Source of the DNA: Nitrosopumilaceae archaeon
GTDB lineage: Archaea; Thermoproteota; Nitrososphaeria; Nitrososphaerales; Nitrosopumilaceae
DNA: 64,000 nucleotides
Direction: 5' to 3'
NCBI GenBank assembly: GCA_965209085.1
Contig: OZ242376.1
Coordinates: 1,504,001 to 1,568,000 of the forward strand
Shown here: positions 21,745-30,955 of the stretch, piece by piece
How positions within the stretch are numbered: the stretch's first letter is position 1
How the letters are laid out: each line of letters begins with the position of its first letter
Program-made: the position numbers and the translations under genes
Notes under the pieces: generated by a model
Seen by the model: only the letters and a program-made list of their open reading frames with translations
Database searches by the model: none
What the model was told of the DNA's origin: nothing

Positions 21745-21930
21745 ATGACAGAATACAGGGAGATATACTGCAGGAACTGTAAAAAAATCATAGGCAGATA
21801 CAACATAAAATATTATTCAGATGATAAGATTGGTGAGATAATAAAATCCGGGCACAGTGATCATGTAAAGGAAGGACATGCCATAATTTTGCAGAGGGTA
21901 AAATATAAAAATAAAATATCCAAATTATGA
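21745..21930 (+). CDS. Small putative Zn-binding protein
   Basis: CRNC and HSDHVKEGH motifs, 61 aa. Confidence 0.6.
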   Translation: MTEYREIYCRNCKKIIGRYNIKYYSDDKIGEIIKSGHSDHVKEGHAIILQRVKYKNKISKL

Positions 21931-22983
21931 GCTAAATTCATCAAGTAATTTTTTTTGTTGTTTTGTAAGATTTTTGGGTATTTTTACCACAAGTCTTACG
22001 TGCTGATCCCCTCTTTTATGGTATTGGATGTTTGGCAATCCCATTGATTTTAATTTTACAAATGTGTTTGGCTGCGTGCCAGAATCCACCTTTATTTTTT
22101 GCGTACCTTCCAAAGTTGGAACCGATGTTTCCCCTCCCAGTACTGCATGAACCATGGAAATTTCCTTATCGCAGTAAATATCATCCTCATCCCGGCGGAA
22201 AGTTGGATGTTTTGCCACCACAACACGCACAATCAAATCGCCGCTTACTCCGCCCGGTATGAATTCCCCTTCTCCCTGAACCGTGTAATCGCCGTCGGTT
22301 ATGCCGCTTGGAAGATTAAATTCTATGTGTTTTTTACCCCTTGTTGTTCCAGACCCACCGCAGTTTTTGCACGGCTTCTCTATCATTTCCCCTTCCCCGC
22401 GGCATTGCATGCACGGTGCCACGGTAACAAACGATGCCGGACCCATGCGTCTTGTCTGCCGAACCTGTCCTGCTCCGCCGCACGTGTTGCACAAACGTTT
22501 AGAGGTGCCCGGTGCGCATCCGGTCGCACTGCAGGTATCACATGCAATGTTTTTTTTGGTATCAAATGAGATTTTTTTTCCACGGAGGACATCATCAAGC
22601 GTAACTGTAACCCGATGCAACATATCACGGCCTTGTTGCTGTTCCTGCCCAGAACCGCCAAACATGTCAAATATGTTTCCAAATCCTCCAGAGCCCTTGA
22701 ATATGTCGCTAAAATTGCTTCTTGCCCCTCGAAATATGTCCTCAGAGCTGTATTTGCCGTCCACTCCTGCATGTCCGTGCTGATCGTACAGACTGCGTTT
22801 TTCAGAATCAGAGAGTACAGCGTATGCTTCAGATATTTCCTTGAAATGTTCTGGAGCATCGGAGTTTTTATTTCTGTCAGGATGGAATTTTAATGCCATT
22901 TTTCGGTATTGTTGTTTTATTTCCGCCTGTTCGGCATTTTTACCCACGCCAAGAACCTCGTAATAATCCCGTTTGGCAGACAT
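21925..22983 (-). CDS. dnaJ: Chaperone DnaJ
   Basis: HPD J-domain, four CxxCxGxG-type repeats. Confidence 0.97.
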   Translation of the reverse strand: MSAKRDYYEVLGVGKNAEQAEIKQQYRKMALKFHPDRNKNSDAPEHFKEISEAYAVLSDSEKRSLYDQHGHAGVDGKYSSEDIFRGARSNFSDIFKGSGGFGNIFDMFGGSGQEQQQGRDMLHRVTVTLDDVLRGKKISFDTKKNIACDTCSATGCAPGTSKRLCNTCGGAGQVRQTRRMGPASFVTVAPCMQCRGEGEMIEKPCKNCGGSGTTRGKKHIEFNLPSGITDGDYTVQGEGEFIPGGVSGDLIVRVVVAKHPTFRRDEDDIYCDKEISMVHAVLGGETSVPTLEGTQKIKVDSGTQPNTFVKLKSMGLPNIQYHKRGDQHVRLVVKIPKNLTKQQKKLLDEFSS

Positions 22984-22999
22984 TACATATCACGTATGA

Positions 23000-25051
23000 T
23001 CATGCAGTGTCACTTGAATTCTTTGAGGAATCCGTGTCAGCATTAGTGGATTCTGTTTTTTCTCCAGTGTTTTCTTGGGTATTGTCTCCGGTATTGTCTC
23101 CGGTATTGTCTCCGGTATTGTCTCCGGTATTGTCTCCGGTATTGTCTCCGGTATTGTCTCCGGTATTGTCTCCGGTATTGTCTCCGGTATTGTCTTGGGT
23201 CTTGTCTCCGGCGTTTTCTTGGGTTTTTTCTCCGGTTTTATCTTGCGGTGTCTCGCCAGGTTTTGAATCATCACCTGGTTTTTGTTCTGATTGCTGGGCG
23301 TTTTTGTATATTTCAGAGGTAATCCCTCCGACTTGTTTTTTGAGCGCTTCTAGTTTTTCCTTTATTGCATCGTTGTTATTTGCCGTCATGGCCTCACGCA
23401 GTTCTTTTATCGAATCTGTCAGCTTTATTCCCTGTTCTTGGGATATCTTGTCTTTTAGATCCCCTCCGATTAGTTTTTCAGTTGTATAGATAAAACTCTC
23501 AGATTCGTTTTTTACCTCTATCTGTTCTTTTTTGCTCTTGTCAGCATCAGCATATTTTTCCGCATCCTCTTTTAGCTTGTTTATCTCATCTTCGGTGAGT
23601 TTTGTTTTTGATTCAATTGTTATTTTTGCCTCTTTTTTGGTTGCAGTATCCGTGGCAGTAACGTTGATTATTCCGTTGGCATCAATGTCAAATTTTACCT
23701 CTATTTGTGGAACGCCCCGCGGTGCAGGAAGCAGATCCGATAGATTGAAACTTCCAAGTGAAACATTATCCTGCGCCATCGGCCTCTCGCCCTGTACTAC
23801 GTGTATTGTAACTGCAATCTGATTGTCAGCTGCCGTGGTGAATGTTTTGCTCTTGGATGTGGGTATTGTCGTGTTGCGCTCTATGAGCGGCTCCCGTACT
23901 CCACCTAGTGTCTCTATTCCAAGCGTCAAGGGGGTCACATCAAGCAAAACAATGTCGCTGGAAACATCCCCGCCAATTATGCCCGCCTGTATTGCAGCTC
24001 CAAATGCGACAGCTTCCATCGGATCCACTCCAGTTTCTGGCTCTTTGCTTAAAACGGAGGCAACAAATTTTTTCATAGCAGGTATGCGTGTTGGTCCGCC
24101 CACCATTACTATTTTGGCTATATCCTGTGGCGTAACTTTTGCATCAGAGAGCGCTTTTTCTATCGAGGGTTTGCATTTTTCTATTATCGGATTGATAAGA
24201 TCCTCTAGTTTTGCACGCGTCATGCGCATCTCTAGGTTTTTAGATCCAGTTGACTGATCGTGTGATATGAATGGCAAATTTATGTCAGTCTCCATTACCG
24301 TTGAGAGCTCTATCTTTGCTTTTTCTGCCGCTTCCCTTATGCGCGTCATGGCCGTAGAATCAGAGCCAAGATCAATTCCTTCTTTTTTCTTAAACTCGTC
24401 TTTTATGTAATCCACCATGGTCTTATCCATGTCAGTTCCACCAAGGTGCGTATCCCCGGAGGTACTCATCACTTCAAAGACTCCTCCGCCCATCTCCATG
24501 ATGGTAACATCCAAAGTTCCGCCTCCAAAGTCAAATACGAGTATCTTTAGATCCTGTTTTGTTTTATCCAATCCAAAGGCAAGCGATGCAGCCGTGGGTT
24601 CGTTTATGATTCTTACAACATCCAATCCTGCTATAATGCCCGCATCTTTTGTAGCCTGCCGCTGGTTGTCATCAAAATATGCAGGGACCGTTATGACTGC
24701 CTTTTCAACCACGTCGCCGGTAAATGCTTCTGCATCTTTTTTGATCTTTTGCAGTATAAACGCGGATATCTGCTGAGGTTTGTAGTCTTTACCCTGGATT
24801 TTAAAAATATGATCCGTGCCCATTTTTCTTTTGGCTGCCACAATTGTATTGTCCGGATTTGTTACAGTTTGCCTACGTGCCGGCTCCCCCACCAAGAGAT
24901 CGCCTTCTTTGGAAAATGCAACAACTGATGGAAATGCTTTTCCACCAACGGTTACGCCTTCTGCAGCTGGTACAAGCGTAGGCTTGCCACCCATCATGAC
25001 GGCTGCTGCCGAATTGCTCGTTCCCAAATCTATTCCTATAATTTTTGCCAT
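23000..25051 (-). CDS. dnaK: Chaperone DnaK (Hsp70) with a tandem-repeat C-terminal tail
   Basis: [28 protein letters not shown]. Confidence 0.98.
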   Translation of the reverse strand: MAKIIGIDLGTSNSAAAVMMGGKPTLVPAAEGVTVGGKAFPSVVAFSKEGDLLVGEPARRQTVTNPDNTIVAAKRKMGTDHIFKIQGKDYKPQQISAFILQKIKKDAEAFTGDVVEKAVITVPAYFDDNQRQATKDAGIIAGLDVVRIINEPTAASLAFGLDKTKQDLKILVFDFGGGTLDVTIMEMGGGVFEVMSTSGDTHLGGTDMDKTMVDYIKDEFKKKEGIDLGSDSTAMTRIREAAEKAKIELSTVMETDINLPFISHDQSTGSKNLEMRMTRAKLEDLINPIIEKCKPSIEKALSDAKVTPQDIAKIVMVGGPTRIPAMKKFVASVLSKEPETGVDPMEAVAFGAAIQAGIIGGDVSSDIVLLDVTPLTLGIETLGGVREPLIERNTTIPTSKSKTFTTAADNQIAVTIHVVQGERPMAQDNVSLGSFNLSDLLPAPRGVPQIEVKFDIDANGIINVTATDTATKKEAKITIESKTKLTEDEINKLKEDAEKYADADKSKKEQIEVKNESESFIYTTEKLIGGDLKDKISQEQGIKLTDSIKELREAMTANNNDAIKEKLEALKKQVGGITSEIYKNAQQSEQKPGDDSKPGETPQDKTGEKTQENAGDKTQDNTGDNTGDNTGDNTGDNTGDNTGDNTGDNTGDNTGDNTQENTGEKTESTNADTDSSKNSSDTA
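23079..23195. repeat. 12-bp tandem repeat (GTATTGTCTCCG)x9 plus a partial unit, encoding (DNTG)n in DnaK
   Basis: Nine identical units visible directly. Confidence 0.95.
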
Positions 25052-25053
25052 AT

Positions 25054-25737
25054 TCAATTTACCACCGGTTTTTTTGATATTTCAACTAGCGACGTACGAA
25101 TGACATTATTATGCAAGATATATCCCTTTCTGATTACCTTTGTAATTGTTCCCTCATCGAGCATATCATCTTCGATTGTGGATATGGCCTCATGAATTTG
25201 TGGGTCAAATATTTCCCCCATCTCATCCATAGACTGCACTCCATACTTTGTGAGCGTGGATGAGATGTTTTTTAGGACAGAGTCAAGTCCGGCAGTATCC
25301 TGACCGCTTTTAGCATATGCGCTGCAAGCTCGCTCAAAATCATCCTGTATTCCCAATATGTCGCCAAAAACCTGACCTAGTTTTGCAGCAATGCTGTTTT
25401 GAATTTGTGTCTGCATTTGTTTTTCAAGATTCTGAAAATCTGCCAGCGTGCGGGCAAGCTTGTCCTCTAGCATGAGGGATTTTTCCTGTTCCTTTTCAAG
25501 GCTCTCTTTTGTCATATCTTTGGATTCGGCAGTTTCAGAGCCTTCTATAACGGGTATTTCTTCGGCAGTTTCAGAGCCTTCTATAACGGGTATTTCTTCG
25601 GCAGTTTCAGAGCCTTCTATAACGGGTATTTCTTCGGCAGTTTCAGAGCCGTCCATAACTGGTATTTCTTTGGATTTGGCAGTTTCAGATTCATTCATGG
25701 CCGGCTCCTCTTCTGGATTCATGTTATTTTGAGCCAA
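25054..25737 (-). CDS. grpE: Nucleotide exchange factor GrpE with an N-terminal repeat
   Basis: [20 protein letters not shown]. Confidence 0.95.
   Translation of the reverse strand: MAQNNMNPEEEPAMNESETAKSKEIPVMDGSETAEEIPVIEGSETAEEIPVIEGSETAEEIPVIEGSETAESKDMTKESLEKEQEKSLMLEDKLARTLADFQNLEKQMQTQIQNSIAAKLGQVFGDILGIQDDFERACSAYAKSGQDTAGLDSVLKNISSTLTKYGVQSMDEMGEIFDPQIHEAISTIEDDMLDEGTITKVIRKGYILHNNVIRTSLVEISKKPVVN
25525..25668. repeat. 36-bp tandem repeat, 3 identical units plus 1 variant, encoding [12 protein letters not shown] in GrpE
   Basis: ttcggcagtttcagagccttctataacgggtatttc repeated. Confidence 0.95.
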
Positions 25738-26084
25738 AATTAAGAATTTTTATGTTGTGTTTACTGGTTTTCCTGTAAAGTTATCGGCACCTAGGTATTA
25801 GGCTTGAAATACGGATCTTCTCCGAATTAGCCATAAACAGCGATCAAGAGGTCCTATTATGAACGATTTGGTCCATTTTGTTATAAACTTACGTGGTTTT
25901 GTTTAAAACGGCGCATATCTATCGCTATGGATCAGTCTCCACATTTGTGGATTTTGAATCAGACGGATCGCATTCTCCTATTCACGATTAAATCGCACCG
26001 TGGTTTTCGCTTGTATGGCATCAAAGTTCAACCTGTAACACGCACTCGCAGTGCAAGAACCTAACGAACCTTTGTGCCTTCCAC

Positions 26085-26927
26085 TCATTTGACGTCTCTA
26101 AAGGGTGTGTTTTCCTTTAGATCACATAGATGATCTTTGCCATCTTTCTTGCCGCCGCAATCTTTGCCTTGGACTTGCCACATCGTGCAGATATTCTCTT
26201 AGTGCCGTGTAATTGCCGAATTCGGACAGTGTGTTACATGCACATGCATACACTGCACGATTATCCAGCTGAGCATTTGACTTCCTCGTTTGCTTGAACC
26301 TCGTAACTGTAATTTTTCTCCAGACTGGTACACTCTTGGAACCAGTTTGGCATACGAGCACAAGTGTTCATGATCTTCAAATCGATCAACATCGGCAATT
26401 TCTGAGGATATCGCAAGTACCAAATAGTATGATATTCCAGGAACACTGATGAGTAGTTTTGCATACTTGTCCACCGATGCTTTTTGCGCACTCGAAAGTC
26501 CATATGTTGTATTTTTCCATCTAGGAACGTTACTGCATCAAGTGAATCATCTATTGCCTCTATTTTTAATGCCCGTAAGCATTTTTGTCCCAGCTGTGTT
26601 GATGGCAGTGCCTTTACATCAAGCCATCGTTTTGCAAGCTCTGCTTTAATCTTGTTTTTGTGCATGGTACGTTCGCGTACAAATGACTGCCTTCATAGGA
26701 CCAAGTCTTGCAGATCTCGTATCTTTTCGCTTGTAATATACGCTTCTGGAATCATTCCGGTCCTATCCAAATCGGCCCGCATACGTGCATCCACTTTGTC
26801 GGTTTTTACTTTTGCATGTGAGATTGCCTTTACCATGAACGGTTGTGCCACTTTGACTTTGTACTTGTGTGCCCGTAACAGATCGTATGGAAACTGATGG
26901 TTGTATCAGGATTCCATGACGACCTGG
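26085..26927 (-). pseudogene. IS110/IS1111-family transposase, disrupted and 5'-truncated
   Basis: Fragments VVMES, KVKTDKVDA, VPGISYY..EIADVDRF..SYAKLVPRVYQSG, IAAARKMAKIIY, with stops and frameshifts. Confidence 0.88.
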
Positions 26928-27313
26928 GAGTCTCTGATGAATTTTCTACGGTTTTTTTGAACCGTTCTAGAATCCATTCAAATTCTTCACGGTCCATTCC
27001 TGTCATTTCATATAGATGAACATCATCCCCAATTCCCTTGTTCAAATATTTGTCAACATATTGTCTTTTATCATCATTGCTACTCTGTGCCATCTTTTTG
27101 TAGTGTTGAATTTCTGATTCCTGATTGGAAATTCTTTCTTTTTGATTGAAAATTCTTTTTTCCTGCATGGAACTCTTCTTTCCCATCTTTAAGATCGTCT
27201 TTTTCAGTTTAGAGATCATGTGTTTGTCTGATTTGCACATGCTATGCGCACGTGATACTAGATCATAGATCTTTCGATTTGTCAAAATTGATTTTTTGGT
27301 TAATTATGCATAA
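26927..27313 (-). mobile_element. 5' fragment of the IS5-like element also found at 62027-63398
   Basis: Near-identical to 63050-63391 (HLYEMTGMDREEFEWILERF); partial TIR attatgcat. Confidence 0.88.
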
Positions 27314-27381
27314 AAACTCATAAAGGCTCAAAATATCACTAATCTTTCTCCAGATCTTCTTATCCGGCCAGATAGGTTGGA

Positions 27382-27790
27382 GTATGAGGTCAGCACCTCG
27401 TGCTATTTTGTGTATACTGTTTAATGATGCCAAAAACAATGCCAATTATGATGCAAGAGTGCGGCATGCGTTTGAATACACACTTGATGGCATGTTAGAT
27501 AAATACCGCAGTACAGAAATGTCCGAAATGCAGAGTTTGATCAAACGGTTGGAGAATGCGACGATGAATTTGTTTGCCTTTATAGAGCATGAAACATCCC
27601 ACCTACAAACAATGCAGTCGAGCGTGCATTACGGGATGTTGTGGTTCGCCGTAAGATAAGCGGACAGATCAGAGGATCTGAATCCATGAGAAGAATGCCA
27701 AACTTTCTAGCATGCGTTTTGACATGGAAAATGCAGAGTAAAAGCGTCTTTGAAGAGGTGCTCAATATCGTTTAATAGATGACCTCATAC
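27382..27790 (+). mobile_element. Internally deleted IS66-family derivative
   Basis: TIRs GTATGAGGTCA...TGACCTCATAC; frameshifted C-terminus PTNNAVERALRDVVVRRKISGQIRG. Confidence 0.85.
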
Positions 27791-27798
27791 CCTTAAAT

Positions 27799-28155
27799 TT
27801 ATTTTTCAGGTACGGGTTTTAACAATTTTGTCGCAGTACCTAAAATAGTGGAACCAACAACCAATGAAATTATTGTAGTGATAAAAGTTACATTATCCAA
27901 ATGAAATCCTTCGAATTTGAATCCATTAAGTAAAACTATTCCTATTATTGCTACAATATTGAGGTATGTTGCATGTTTCCACACGGTTACAATTTTTTTT
28001 GAAGTCTCAATTCTAGCTTCTATTATATACCATTTCATTCTAAATTCATCTGATCCGGAAATACCACTTTTATAATCTTTTATTACTATTTGAGATTTTT
28101 TAGTATTATTATTGACAGGTTTGTCTTTTTTGATATTCCTATTAATCATCATCAT
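27799..28155 (-). CDS. Two-TM membrane protein, candidate toxin partner of the Panacea antitoxin
   Basis: Overlaps the stop of the upstream Panacea gene; two hydrophobic C-terminal helices; AT-rich. Confidence 0.65.
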   Translation of the reverse strand: MMMINRNIKKDKPVNNNTKKSQIVIKDYKSGISGSDEFRMKWYIIEARIETSKKIVTVWKHATYLNIVAIIGIVLLNGFKFEGFHLDNVTFITTIISLVVGSTILGTATKLLKPVPEK

Positions 28156-28639
28156 TTAGTATTTTTCTATAATATTCTTTAATTACATCATTAGGAATTT
28201 TTGTAAAAAACGCATTTGGATCATAACATATATCCCACGGACTATTAGGTTTGTGTGTTATTTTGATCAATTCTTCTCCAGTATATTCTGCATAATTTTC
28301 CATTACATCACTCATTACATTTTTCTCTTCAGTAGAAAATATAGAATCAATAGCATTCTTTAAATTTTCTAATTGATTGTCTTCTAGATCAAAGTGATTA
28401 TCTTTAGTAATCACTTCGCTTTGATATTTTTTAAAAGTGTGATAAACTGAAGGTACTACAGGACCGTATTTCCATGCTTCAATAGGTTCATTCACAAGTG
28501 GATAAGAATGCAATCCAAGTTTCCAACCATGACTGAAGAAAACAAATTTGTTTAAATGAAGTGGCGTTAATGGTTCAGAGCTATTAAAAATGATATAATC
28601 CGCAACATATTGAGCACTTTTTGATTTATTTAGATTCAT
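28142..28639 (-). CDS. Panacea-domain (DUF4065/SocA-like) antitoxin
   Basis: LTPLHLNKFVFFSHG, EPIEAWKYGPVVPSVY, ELIKITHKPNSPW. Confidence 0.88.
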   Translation of the reverse strand: MNLNKSKSAQYVADYIIFNSSEPLTPLHLNKFVFFSHGWKLGLHSYPLVNEPIEAWKYGPVVPSVYHTFKKYQSEVITKDNHFDLEDNQLENLKNAIDSIFSTEEKNVMSDVMENYAEYTGEELIKITHKPNSPWDICYDPNAFFTKIPNDVIKEYYRKILNDDD

Positions 28640-28699
28640 AGTACATTATAGTGTCCATTAGATATAAATTTATGGTATCCCAAAGGTAATATGCCTTAC

Positions 28700-29047
28700 T
28701 TTGCATTATATTCCTCCCCTGTCTGCTCGTCAATAATCTTTTCGCCAGGTTCTGGCATCTTTCTTGCAAATGCCTGTACTGGCGTCTCTGTTTTCTGTAT
28801 CCAATGACATGTGTGCGCTGTCCATGTTTGTACCATTGCATGAACAAATCTATGGGATCGCGGACTCGCTGCATAATGCTCTCAAACTGGGGCAGCTTGC
28901 ACTATCTCACCATGCAGACGCTCAAGCTTGCCATTGGTCTGGGGATGATTCACGCGTGCCAAAATATGTTTTATGTCAAGATCTACAAGTTTCTTCTCAA
29001 ATTTGGATGGACCTTTCTTTTTCATCTCTGATACATTGGCGTAAAAC
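28700..29047 (-). pseudogene. IS481-like integrase-core fragment; left boundary approximate
   Basis: FYAN...FEKKLVDLDIKHILARVNHPQTNGKLERLHGEI. Confidence 0.8.
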
Positions 29048-29101
29048 TATGCATACATCTTCATTTATTGCATAAATTCTAGGCATGATGTGACCTCATA
29101 C
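29048..29101. mobile_element. Right half of the IS66-like MITE
   Basis: tacatcttcatttattgcataaattctaggcatgatgtgacctcatac matches 9218-9258. Confidence 0.8.
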
Positions 29102-29265
29102 GCCGTGAGAAATGATACATCATTATAGACGCAACTAAATTGATCATGATTCGAATTTCTAGGCGTGGAAATTATAGATGTCTCACCTCCCCAAGTTAAC
29201 AGAAAAACACCCTAAATTAACAGCAGGCTAGAATTGACCAAAAAGACCTTAAGAGTTGACAGAGT

Positions 29266-29349
29266 ACAGTGGTAACCTAGCATGGTAGGGCAGCTATCTT
29301 AAGAATAGCCGTGGTCGAACACTCATAGGTTCAAATCCCATCCACCGCT
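29266..29349 (+). pseudogene. Degenerate tRNA-Leu(TAA)
   Basis: Anticodon arm gctat-ctTAAga-atagc, variable arm and GTTCAAATC present, but A.C mismatches in acceptor (2), D (1) and T (1) stems. Confidence 0.75.
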
Positions 29350-29499
29350 ATAATTTACGAATTAAACGTATTTCATCCCACGACACTTGACACTATTTTT
29401 AGCACCATAAAATTGAACAGCACGAATACGGATCTTCTCTGGATTGAATCAAAAATAACGATCAGCGAATCTTGCACCCCAAGATGTTACAAAACCTGT

Positions 29500-30630
29500 T
29501 TACTCGTCTATCTCACACATGGGATTTGCCTTTATTAGAATGATATCTGGATCTTTTTTGCCCTTGTTTATGTTATCATAGTCATACTTTGTGCATGCCA
29601 CCACGATTATCGTCTTTGTCCCCTCAAACGTGTCCATGTCGCCCTCATCGTACATGTCCACATCCCGGATATAGTCCCGAAGTCTTTCCTGTAATTTCTC
29701 AAATATGTCCATTTTATCCCCACGCATTTCATATTTGTCCAAGGTCCAAGAAAGTGCCACTCTTGTCCGGCTTGCTTTTAGATCGTTCTTTTTTAGCGTA
29801 GATCTAATCTTGTCTATTAGCCGTTTGATGTATACGTCGATGCTTTTTGCGTTGCTGTTTATCATCGATGTCAAAGTTCCAGCTCCCTCTAGCGAGGAGT
29901 TTAGAGACTGTAAATCATACAGTCTCTCCACCATATCTCCCATGTACATTTCCGAATGATCTCCTGGATAATCGGTTTGTTCATTGTAGACTAGCTTGTA
30001 AATTTCCAATATGCTCGAGAGTGTTGAAAACCGGGAGAGTGTGTCTGTTGCATGTGCAATCTCTGATGACTGCAAGCTCACTATTGGAATTTTTTGTTTA
30101 TCTGTGGCAAGCAGCTCTGAGAGGTTTGAATCCTGTTTGGCGTTAAAGGATCCTATCATCTGAGGATTTTTTCCATGTCCCCCAAGCGGATAATAAAAAT
30201 ACGATAGTGTTTTGCCCACTTCAAATCCCGTTATGTGTTCCAAGAGTGAAATGTTTTCATTATTCCCCCCTATGCCAGATGGAATACAGTATATGATTGA
30301 GGCATTTTTTACAATTCCCGAAGTTGCTCCTTTGAATTTAAAATGAATTTCCGTTCGAAGATCCTGTCCGGCCTTGCGTATGCGGGGCGAGAAAAAAATG
30401 TACTGCGCCTTGGATACTACCTCTTTTATCGGAACAAGCGGCAGGATCATTTCATCATCCTTTATCGAGGATATGTTTGGGTATGTCTGGGCAATTTCTG
30501 GTGTCAGCAACATTGCAGATTGGTTTGATTCATCTACCACATGTACCTGCGCGCCCTTTAGCACCATGCTGCATGCCAAATCATATCCTTCTGTACAAAA
30601 TCCATACACCACAGCTTTAGGTCCTGCCAT
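29500..30630 (-). CDS. Hypothetical protein, possibly a divergent nucleotide-sugar dehydrogenase fold
   Basis: 376-aa ORF; Rossmann-like start AVVYGFCTEGYDLA...VHVVD. Confidence 0.7.
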   Translation of the reverse strand: MAGPKAVVYGFCTEGYDLACSMVLKGAQVHVVDESNQSAMLLTPEIAQTYPNISSIKDDEMILPLVPIKEVVSKAQYIFFSPRIRKAGQDLRTEIHFKFKGATSGIVKNASIIYCIPSGIGGNNENISLLEHITGFEVGKTLSYFYYPLGGHGKNPQMIGSFNAKQDSNLSELLATDKQKIPIVSLQSSEIAHATDTLSRFSTLSSILEIYKLVYNEQTDYPGDHSEMYMGDMVERLYDLQSLNSSLEGAGTLTSMINSNAKSIDVYIKRLIDKIRSTLKKNDLKASRTRVALSWTLDKYEMRGDKMDIFEKLQERLRDYIRDVDMYDEGDMDTFEGTKTIIVVACTKYDYDNINKGKKDPDIILIKANPMCEIDE

Positions 30631-30761
30631 GGAAATATTTCAAATTACACTTAAAAAAACTTGTAGGTTGTCCCAATATGCCCATTAAATTTCATTTTTT
30701 TGAGGTTAAAGGGGTACATAAATGACAAATATCATTAAGGGTTGCAACATTATACATTTGA

Positions 30762-30834
30762 AGCCCGATAGTGTAGAGGTCAAGCATGGGGGCCTTTGGA
30801 GCCCTTGACCCCAGTTCGAATCTGGGTCGGGCTA
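30762..30834 (+). tRNA. tRNA-Gln(TTG)
   Basis: AGCCCGA/TCGGGCT acceptor stem (archaeal A1-U72), loop ctTTGga, GTTCGAATC. Confidence 0.95.
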
Positions 30835-30955
30835 TTACATACGTGAAATAAGAGATGCGATCTGCGTTTATTGTCAAAAACGGGAACAAATACAGACCCA
30901 GATGTCCTAATGCGATCAATGATATTTTTATAAATCTCCGTATCGGGGTACATTT

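Noticed and set aside
22893-23489. Repeat-rich alternative ORFs (VLSP, IPET, GIVS) and a possible CRISPR array
   Set aside because: Other frames of the DnaK 12-bp tandem repeat; no spacers and no cas genes.
25525-25668. 36-bp repeats of CRISPR-like length
   Set aside because: Contiguous, spacerless and in frame within grpE.
25806-29465. Short similar segments AATACGGATCTTCTC at ~25808 and ~29426 as att sites of the island
   Set aside because: Only ~15 bp identical with degenerate flanks, not matching a tRNA 3' end, and no integrase; may be another decayed repeat.
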